Part shown: positions 56,863 through 64,000 of the stretch, piece by piece | How the letters are laid out: each line of letters starts with the position of its first letter | How positions within the stretch are numbered: position 1 is the first letter of the stretch | Origin: Sedimentisphaerales bacterium | Lineage (GTDB): Bacteria > Planctomycetota > Phycisphaerae > Sedimentisphaerales > SM23-30 | Length of the DNA: 64,000 nt | Direction of reading: 5' to 3' | Assembly: GCA_963663805.2 (NCBI GenBank) | Contig: CAXXMR010000009.1 | Span: forward strand, 256,001 to 320,000 | Position numbers and translations under genes: made by a program | The notes under the pieces: generated by a model | Seen by the model: the letters and a program-made list of their open reading frames with translations, nothing else | Databases searched by the model: none | Told to the model about the DNA's origin: nothing

Positions 56863-57996
56863 ATGGTATCGGATATAAATTACAAAGGTTCTGGCCGTAA
56901 GCGTACCTTGCTGAAATATCAGCAGGTCAAGGGCTATATTCTGGAAATGATAAAGACCGGTCGTTTGAGTCCGGGTGAACCTCTTCCCTCGGAAATTGTT
57001 ATGTCTCAAGAGGTCGGTACGGCCCGGAATACCCTTCGTCAGGCGATATCAGAGCTGGTTGACGAGGGCGTATTGCAGAAAGTGCGTGGTCGGGGTGCCT
57101 ATGTATCGATTCGCAGTGAATCGGGTCGAGCGTTAGTTACGGCTGACCAGTTTGCTTTGATTGTGCCTGAGGTCGAGCGGAGTATATATCCTAGCCTGAT
57201 TAGGGGTTTTGTGCAGGGGGGCAAGGAGCATAATCATCGGGCCACGGTTTGTGATTCACATTATGACCTGGGTCGTCAGGCTGACATAATTCTTTCTCTG
57301 ATGAATAGTCCCACAACAGGGGTAGCGATAGTACCGGTAATTCCTTCGGTAACTCCTTCGTATCATGTTGAGTGCCTTCAGAGTAAAGGTGTGGCGGTAG
57401 TTTGTTGTATTCGTCCGGTTAAGGGGGTTTCGGCTCCTTTGGTTGGTTGGGATGCGGCTGAGCACATGAGGCGTGCTTGTGAGCTGGTTTTTAAGGCTGG
57501 TCATAAAAGGCTGGGTTATTTTGCCAGTTACCGGTATATGCTTTCGGAGACTCATATTCAAACAATACGCGAATGTGTTATGCAGCAGGCAGGTGAGTTT
57601 CGTGATGATAATATCAATTTTGGCTCGCGTCTGGGCGATTTGGAAGAGGAGATGAAACTCGACGCGTTGAAGCAGATTTTGTTTTCTGAGAATCGACCTA
57701 CCGCGATACTCTGCAATGATGTGACCGAAGCCGAGCTGGTTTATGTTCTGGCGGGTCAGTTGGGTTTTTCCGTGCCGGAAGACCTTACAGTGGTTGGTCT
57801 GGGCGGGGCTCATAACAGTGGTGTAATTCGTGAAAGAATCACTTCTATAGACGCCCAGGCCGCTAATATAGGTCAGGTGGCGTGTGAACTGCTGGATGAT
57901 ATGAACCGGGGGCGGTTACCCTTGAAGAATAACAAAGTTGTTATGCTGGATTTTGATTTGTATGAGGGGCAGACAGTTGGGTCACCTAAGGGGTGA
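56863..57996 (+). CDS. GntR-HTH + LacI-type sugar-binding regulator (AraR-like)
   Basis: LPSE, TLRQAISELVDEG..RGRGAYV; RPTAILCND, VPEDLTVVG. Confidence 0.88.
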   Translation: MVSDINYKGSGRKRTLLKYQQVKGYILEMIKTGRLSPGEPLPSEIVMSQEVGTARNTLRQAISELVDEGVLQKVRGRGAYVSIRSESGRALVTADQFALIVPEVERSIYPSLIRGFVQGGKEHNHRATVCDSHYDLGRQADIILSLMNSPTTGVAIVPVIPSVTPSYHVECLQSKGVAVVCCIRPVKGVSAPLVGWDAAEHMRRACELVFKAGHKRLGYFASYRYMLSETHIQTIRECVMQQAGEFRDDNINFGSRLGDLEEEMKLDALKQILFSENRPTAILCNDVTEAELVYVLAGQLGFSVPEDLTVVGLGGAHNSGVIRERITSIDAQAANIGQVACELLDDMNRGRLPLKNNKVVMLDFDLYEGQTVGSPKG

Positions 57997-58050
57997 GTGG
58001 TATAACGACGGTTTAATCGTGGATTAATTAGGGCATGCATAAGGCAATAC

Positions 58051-58113
58051 GCCCTTACGCGGGGCGGTTCCTGTTGGTGGGGGTATCCGGCCGTTTACGC
58101 GGGGCGGCTTCTG
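58051..58113 (-). repeat. REP-like palindromic repeat copies 3 and 4 (tandem)
   Basis: Reverse complements CCAACAGGAACCGCCCCGCGTAAGGGC and CAGAAGCCGCCCCGCGTAAACGGCCGGATA. Confidence 0.65.
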
Positions 58114-58169
58114 CATTTTTTCGACCCCTTTGGGGTGGTTTTGTTGGGGGGGGGATTATTTGTAATGGG

Positions 58170-58207
58170 CTAACATTACTCTAACAATCTGTAAATATTT
58201 CCTTAAT
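58170..58207 (+). promoter_or_regulatory. Pho-box-like 11-bp-period direct repeat
   Basis: CTAACA at 58170 and 58181, upstream of porin-pstS. Confidence 0.55.
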
Positions 58208-58293
58208 TATCCGGGGGTACTCTTCCGGCAAATGGAACTGCGTAGGGTACGCGGTTTAGGTATGGCAAACACAGGATAATTAAGGAGTGTAAC

Positions 58294-59547
58294 GTGCAGA
58301 AGAAATGGATTTTGTTGTTGGCTGCTCTGGTGTTGACAGGATGGATTGGTACGGCTAGTGGTGATGACATGGGCGATTTGCAGGCTCAAATCAAACAGTT
58401 GCAGGCTCGTATTCAGCAGTTGGAAGCTCAGGGACAAAGCTCCCAGAAGTCTATCGACCAGGCAATCAAGGAGCTGGAAGCTCAATCGAAGGCGGGCCTG
58501 CCGGAGTCGCTGGCCTGGGCAGAAAAGATTTCCTTCAAAGGTGATTTTCGTTATCGCCATGAGACTATCGAGGCTGAAGATGACGGCAGAATGGACCGGC
58601 ATCGTAATCGCGTACGGGCCCGCATCGGGATGAAGGCTAAAGTTAATGATGAATTCGATATCGCGATTCGCTTGGCCAGCGGCAGTGCTGACCCGGTTTC
58701 GGCAAATCAAACAATGGGCGATTCTTTTTCCAGCAAGGATATCTGGCTGGACCGCATGTATTTAACCTATCACCCCGAAGCGATTTCCGGTTTGGATGTT
58801 CTGGCTGGCAAGATGGCCAACCCTTTCTATGTGGTTGGAAAAAGTCAGCTTATCTGGGATGGCGACCTGAACCCCGAAGGTGTGGCCGCTTCTTACAGTT
58901 ACCAACTCAATGACACTCTGAAAGCGTTCGCTAATGGCGGTGGTTTCTGGGTTGATGAGAACAGCGGTGCGGTTGATCCTTCGGTCTGGGGTGCCCAGGC
59001 TGGTCTGACCGCTGATATTGAGTCGGTTACTTTGACCGCTGGTGCCAGTTACTATAATTATGGTAATGTTGATGGCGGCGGCGCTCTTTGGGACGGTGAT
59101 TTTTTCGGTAATAATACTGATGACCTTGACGGTGACGGCGACGGTGATGTTTTCGCGACGGATTTTGATATGGTTGAGTTGTTCGCTGAAGCTAAGACCC
59201 AAATTGGTTCAATGCCGGTAGCGGTTTTCGGGGATTACGTTGACAATACGGCTGCTTCGAGCGAAAATGCCGGTTACCTGGTCGGCATTACGCTGAACAA
59301 GACCAAGGCTCCGGGTTCCTGGCAGGCTGGCTATGATTATCGTGATTTGGAAAATGACGCGGTTGTTGGCACTCTGTGCGATTCTGATTTCGCCGGGGGC
59401 GGGACGGGCGGCAAAGGCCATAAGTTCGCTTTCGGTTATCAGATTTCCAAAAATGTCAAAGCTGCGGCAACTTATTTCCTCAACGAACGTAATGAGACTG
59501 AAGATGATTACCGTCGCTTGCAGCTCGATATTGAATTGAAATTCTAA
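58294..59547 (+). CDS. Outer-membrane putative porin (Porin_5-like) with N-terminal coiled coil
   Basis: Signal peptide, FKGDFRYRHE, RNRVRARIG, DPVSANQT, WDGDLNPEG, C-terminal LQLDIELKF. Confidence 0.85.
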   Translation: MQKKWILLLAALVLTGWIGTASGDDMGDLQAQIKQLQARIQQLEAQGQSSQKSIDQAIKELEAQSKAGLPESLAWAEKISFKGDFRYRHETIEAEDDGRMDRHRNRVRARIGMKAKVNDEFDIAIRLASGSADPVSANQTMGDSFSSKDIWLDRMYLTYHPEAISGLDVLAGKMANPFYVVGKSQLIWDGDLNPEGVAASYSYQLNDTLKAFANGGGFWVDENSGAVDPSVWGAQAGLTADIESVTLTAGASYYNYGNVDGGGALWDGDFFGNNTDDLDGDGDGDVFATDFDMVELFAEAKTQIGSMPVAVFGDYVDNTAASSENAGYLVGITLNKTKAPGSWQAGYDYRDLENDAVVGTLCDSDFAGGGTGGKGHKFAFGYQISKNVKAAATYFLNERNETEDDYRRLQLDIELKF

Positions 59548-59686
59548 TGTCCACTAACCTTGCGGAAGCAGACGGGGGCGGTCAAGGCTGTCCCTGTCCG
59601 CACCGCAAATTAAAGATTACAAGACAGGGAAGAAAACTAAATTAAATTTACGGTGTAATTAGACAACACAAATTGAAAGGAAGATT

Positions 59687-60514
59687 ATGAAAATCACAAA
59701 AGTTATGTTGGCGTTGGTAATGGCACTTCTGTTATCGCTGGGCAGCGTTGCCGGTGCCGAGGAATTGCAAATTGAAGGTTCCACGACGGTCGGCCCTATC
59801 GGTGATGCTTTTTCCGGTTATTTCCAGGAGGCTTATCCCGGTTTGCAGATTACCGTCAAGAAGACTGGTTCCGGCGATGGCGCCGCTGCTCTGGTTGACA
59901 GCCGCTGCGATATTGCCATGATGAGCCGTTTCATGAAGGAAAAGGAATTCAAGTCCGCTGTGGAAAAAGGTGTTTTTCCGGTCGCTCACGCTATCGCGAT
60001 GGATGGTGTTTGTGTAGTGGTTCATCCTTCCAACCCGGTCAAGGCTTTGACGAGTGAGCAGGTTCGCAATATTTACATGGGCACAATCACGAACTGGAAA
60101 GAACTCGGTGGTGCCAATGCTCCTATCGTTCCTATCAGTCGTGATACTTCTTCGGGCACCTATGAGACGTTCCACGGTCTGGTAATGAACAAAGAGAAGA
60201 TGGCTGGCAATGTTGAGTATGTCAACTCCAACCCGCAGGCCCATGCCCGTGTCAAGACCACTGCCGGTGCTATTGCCTATGTTGGTTTGGGTTTTGTCGA
60301 TTCATCCGTGAAGGCTCTGGAAATTGATGGTATCCAGCCGACCCGTCGCACGATTTCTTCGGGCAGCTATCCGGTCAGCCGTCCCCTGTATCTGTTCACC
60401 AACGGTTATCCGAAACTCGGTTCGAAGGTTCATGCTTTCTGCACTTTTTACCTGAGTGAAAAGGGCCAGGAAATCATTGAAGGCAAAGGTTTCGTGCCGG
60501 TAACTGATTATTAA
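59687..60514 (+). CDS. pstS: Phosphate ABC transporter substrate-binding protein
   Basis: IEGSTTV, TGSGDG, DIAMMSR, SRDTSSGTYETF, YPVSRPLYLFT. Confidence 0.92.
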   Translation: MKITKVMLALVMALLLSLGSVAGAEELQIEGSTTVGPIGDAFSGYFQEAYPGLQITVKKTGSGDGAAALVDSRCDIAMMSRFMKEKEFKSAVEKGVFPVAHAIAMDGVCVVVHPSNPVKALTSEQVRNIYMGTITNWKELGGANAPIVPISRDTSSGTYETFHGLVMNKEKMAGNVEYVNSNPQAHARVKTTAGAIAYVGLGFVDSSVKALEIDGIQPTRRTISSGSYPVSRPLYLFTNGYPKLGSKVHAFCTFYLSEKGQEIIEGKGFVPVTDY

Positions 60515-60563
60515 TCAGCCTCACTATCGCGGTTTGTTCCCCTGAATCGCGAGACACTTTACT

Positions 60564-60604
60564 TCCGGCCGAGGATGTTTCAGGCATCCCCGGTCGGATT
60601 TTTT
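60564..60604 (+). terminator. Rho-independent terminator after pstS
   Basis: TCCGGCCGAGGATG...CATCCCCGGTCGGA followed by T run. Confidence 0.65.
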
Positions 60605-60611
60605 ATGCCAA

Positions 60612-63087
60612 TCAGGTATCCAGCAGGGTTCGGATACGGATTTTTGATTTTAGCTGCTTGAGCGTGATGGGGTTAGCGGATGGCAATTCGATTGTTACCG
60701 GCTGCTGAGGCTTAAGATGAATGAAATTGTCTGACAGTCGCACATCAAGTCCCGGAAATTCCAGCCAGGTCCACAGGGCGGGCTTGTTGGTTTTCAGTGT
60801 GATGGTATAAGACTGTTTTGAATCGGTGCGGATGTCGGCGGTGATTTTTGGTTTTTCAAGGTTGAGGTGTTTGAACTTATCGAGTGTGGCAAGGTTGCGG
60901 GAGAGTACCTTTGACCCGCGGTTGACTTCCATCCAGACTATCAGGTCGCGTTCGGAGTATTTTTTCACCAGGTCTTTCAGGTCCAGGGTATGAACCTTCT
61001 GGCTGGCGGGTTTTGTCAGTTTGATATTTTTTTGGCCGGTGAGTATTTCTTTGCCGGAGCAATCGGTAACGGTCCATGTCAGCTTTGCCGGGAACGATTC
61101 GTACAGGTCGCTGGTGAGATGAATGTCGATAGTGCTGTCAGTTCGGTTTTCGACAGCTGAAACGAGTACGGGGCTGAAGAAGCGTCCGGCTAGGTAGTGC
61201 AATGCTTTCCATTTGCCGAGGCTGTCGATTGAGGCCCAGCTAGCTACGGGCCAACAGTCGTTAAGCTGCCAATAGAGCGTACCCATTGTTTGGGGCATCT
61301 GCCGGCGGAAATGTTCGATTGCGTACTGCATGGCGTAAGCGTGTGTAATCTGGCTGAGCCACAGGGTCATTTCGAAATTGCTGGGCAGTAGGAACCAGTC
61401 GGCGGTTCCGGTGATAATCATCGAGTTTCCGATTCGGCTGCGTTGATGATGCTCCATGACGTAGCTGGTGACATTGCGGTCCTGCGGGGCGGTGTAGGTT
61501 TTAACGGTTTGCGGTTCGGGGAAGCTCTGGAAACCGAACTCACTTACGAATCGGTGCCGGGCTTGTTGATACCATTCAAAGGGTTCGCGTCCGTGCCAGA
61601 CATTCCAGAGATGAGCGTCGCCGCATTCGGGGTTATTGAAATTCGCCCGGTCGCCGGTGGGACTGTGGGGGCTGCTGGGCCAGTAGTCACATTCGGGGTT
61701 CAATTTTTTGACGGTTTTTTTCAGTAGTTTGTCGAACAGTGGTTTGTAGTCTTGCCAGCTCATCTGGTGCTCGTTCCATTCCGGTCCGACGAGCCCCTGT
61801 TCCAGTTCGTTATTGCCGCACCAGAGGGCCATGCAGGGATGATGGCGCAGGCGGCGAACATTTTCTTCGGCTTCGATTTTGACGTTGGCCATGAAATTTT
61901 CATCGAAGGTCGGGAACGTCGAACAGGCAAACATGAAGTCCTGCCATACGCAGATGCCGAGCTCATCGCACAGATTGTAGAAGATTTCCTGTTCGTATAT
62001 TCCGCCGCCCCAGACTCGAATCATGTTCATGTTCGCGGTGACGGTGTCGTTGAGAAGTTGGCGGTAGAAGTCGTCCGACACGCTGTTGATAAAGGTGTGG
62101 GCGGGAATCCAGTTGGCTCCTTTGGCGAAGAACGGGCGGTTGTTGGCGACGAACTCGAATGACCGTCCCCATTTATCCTTTTTCTGGTTCAGGCGCAGGG
62201 TGCGCAGGCCGATGCGTTTATCCTGTTTGTCGATAACATTGTCATTGGAATCCAGCAGCTCCACGTGAATATCATAGAGCGGCTGTTTGCCCATGCCCGC
62301 AGGCCACCAGAGTTGTGGGTCGGTTATTTTGATGGTATGGGTGGTTTTGCCGGCCTTGAGCGGGGTGGTGTTTTCCGCGACGACCTTGCGTTTGAGGCTG
62401 ACGGTTACCCGTGCCCTCATTTTGGCACGACTGAGCCGCTCGCTTTTGGTGTTTATGTTCAGGGTCACTTTATTACGCTGATGCTGCTGCCGGATTTCGA
62501 CCTCTCTTATCCGTCCGGTGTTTATGCCGATGATGCTAATGTTTCGCCATATTCCGCAGGTCACCAGTTTGGGCCCCCAGTCCCAGCCGAAGTTGCAGGG
62601 CATTTTTCGGATGAGGCTGCTGCCGGGGATACGCATCTGGCCGTCCCAGGAGGGCATTGGGCCAAGTTGGCGCAGGTTTTTTTCGATGTATTTCAGCGCT
62701 GAGCCGAAGCGGATTTCAATCTGGTTGGTTCCCACCTTCAGACTGTTTTTAATATCAAATTCCCAGGTGCGGTACATATTGTCGGTTTTCCCCGATGCTT
62801 TTTCCGTTGATACGAATATTAGCCAGGGTATCCAGGCCGGCACATTTAAGCAATAGCTGCTTATTTTTCAGAAATGCCGAGCTGATTTCAAACTTCCGTT
62901 TATATGTCCAGCCGGTTTGGCCTATCCACTGCAAAGAGTTTTCATTATCGCGATAGAATGGGTCGGGGATGAGCCTGGCCGCGAGCAGGTCCGAATGTAC
63001 GCAGCTGGGCACCTGAGCGGGTATAAGTTCATTTTTGTCGTCCTGCTGAACCTGCCAGCTACCACTAAGTGAAATACACTGAATCAT
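60612..63087 (-). pseudogene. GH2 beta-mannosidase split by a single-base frameshift near 62790-62793
   Basis: 5' ORF (AQVPSCVHSDL..IPDPF, GLDTLA) joins 3' ORF (DNMYRTW, RKMPCNFGWDWGP, KGANWIP, RVWGGG, WCGNNE, SEFGFQS, WQLNDCWP) if one G is removed from GGGG. Confidence 0.85.
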
Positions 63088-63233
63088 TCAAAACGCCTTT
63101 CCAATCCAAAAAACACCGTTATTAAACAATTCGGGCGAGATTACCATTACCCGACGGACCGGTCAAGCATAATTGTGGCATATTTTGCATGAAACAACGT
63201 GAAACAGGCGATTTTAGAGTGGTTCCAGGCTTT

Positions 63234-64000
63234 TTAGTTTGGGCTTAGAGCTTTGGCCAGCGGTGCAAAATCTTTTAGATCGACACGTCCGCTTTGGTCA
63301 ATATCAGCCGCCAGACCACTATCGGTATTTAACCAGTAACAGGCCATTACCTCAAGGTCGTTCGTGTCTATCTTGCCATCTTCGTTAAGGTCTTGTTGGT
63401 CTGGGATACGAAACAAATCCAGATAGACAAGATTAACCGGTCCAGCGGACGTGAGCTTTACGGTGACGGTATTGTTGCCGTTGACAACGTCGTCCGAAGA
63501 GAGTGTAAAGGCCTTGTACATATTTGAGCTGTCCCACTGGGGGTCATAATCACCATCATAAGGTTCTGATACATCAGCATTGGTGCTTAGAAGTATTCCG
63601 TTAAATTTTGCTTCCCAGGTTGAACCGCTTATATCTGAATCAGCCATAATTCTCATCCGCCAGTTGCCGCTCCAGCCGCCGTCAGGTTCGGCCATAGGCA
63701 AATCGAAATCAACTGACTCATTCTGCGTATAAACATTCGGCAATTGATTTACCCAGCCCGTCGGATAATCATATACATCGGCAATGACATAGTGCTGATT
63801 TTCGTATTCGGCGCATTGCTCAGCATCCGCCAATATTGTAAAGACCTCGTAAGGCGGCTCATAACCTCCGGTGCCGTCCTCGGTCGGTGGTCGGTAATAT
63901 TGGAAGTTAAACGCGCTTATACCGTTGATTCCCGCGGTATAAGCCAGATGTGCGGTAGTCACCAGCATTTGCTCGGTGCAAAGGCGGAAGTGACGCGGAG
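63234..64000 (-). CDS. 3' part of a probable secreted glycoside-hydrolase-like protein with double dockerin-like tail; runs off window end
   Basis: Frame open to window edge; GINGISAFNFQY barrel-end-like motif; DLNEDGKIDTNDL..WL and DIDQSGRVDLKDF. Confidence 0.65.
   Translation of the reverse strand, partial: PRHFRLCTEQMLVTTAHLAYTAGINGISAFNFQYYRPPTEDGTGGYEPPYEVFTILADAEQCAEYENQHYVIADVYDYPTGWVNQLPNVYTQNESVDFDLPMAEPDGGWSGNWRMRIMADSDISGSTWEAKFNGILLSTNADVSEPYDGDYDPQWDSSNMYKAFTLSSDDVVNGNNTVTVKLTSAGPVNLVYLDLFRIPDQQDLNEDGKIDTNDLEVMACYWLNTDSGLAADIDQSGRVDLKDFAPLAKALSPN

Noticed and set aside
1..64000. CRISPR arrays, tRNA/rRNA genes, integron cassettes, reverse transcriptase/DGR or phage genes
   Set aside because: No regularly spaced repeats, RNA gene signatures, integrase or RT motifs were seen; the 104-bp repeat is fully identical, with no adenine-specific differences

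Overview
Bacterial chromosomal window, most consistent with a Planctomycetota/Phycisphaerae (Sedimentisphaerales-like) genome. The signs are DUF1559-type prepilin proteins, many secreted proteins ending in a dockerin-like DxNxDxxVDxxD..WL tail, a PEP-CTERM protein and XylR-type LacI/AraC hybrid regulators. Bases 1-32.8 kb hold three tandem carbohydrate-utilisation cassettes. Each has a regulator, secreted non-catalytic proteins sharing a cassette-specific module, one DUF1559 pilin-like gene behind a stem-loop, BNR/FG-GAP proteins and cytoplasmic catabolic enzymes (kdgK/eda, nucleoside hydrolase, DHDPS-family aldolase, GH130). Cognate-looking 21-bp-period operators can be read for two cassettes, and a perfect 104-bp in-frame inverted repeat links two genes of the third. 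The middle (33-41 kb) has AraC/UroD-like genes, nnrE and a CYTH gene, a MITE-like element, two back-to-back truncated glycosidase/phosphorylase genes and an intact IS4 element with a 9-bp target duplication. At 41.6-48.7 kb is a candidate signalling system: PspA-like coiled-coil protein, degenerate-FHA protein, Ser/Thr kinase with TM2 domain, membrane protein, and an ECF sigma fused to a ZAS-like zinc finger. The rest encodes an RRM protein, a putative LacI-type regulon, an ECF/anti-sigma pair, a GntR/LacI regulator, a porin-pstS unit with a Pho-box-like repeat, a frameshifted GH2 beta-mannosidase and a partial dockerin-tailed enzyme. All family calls come from motif recognition by eye; no database searches were run.
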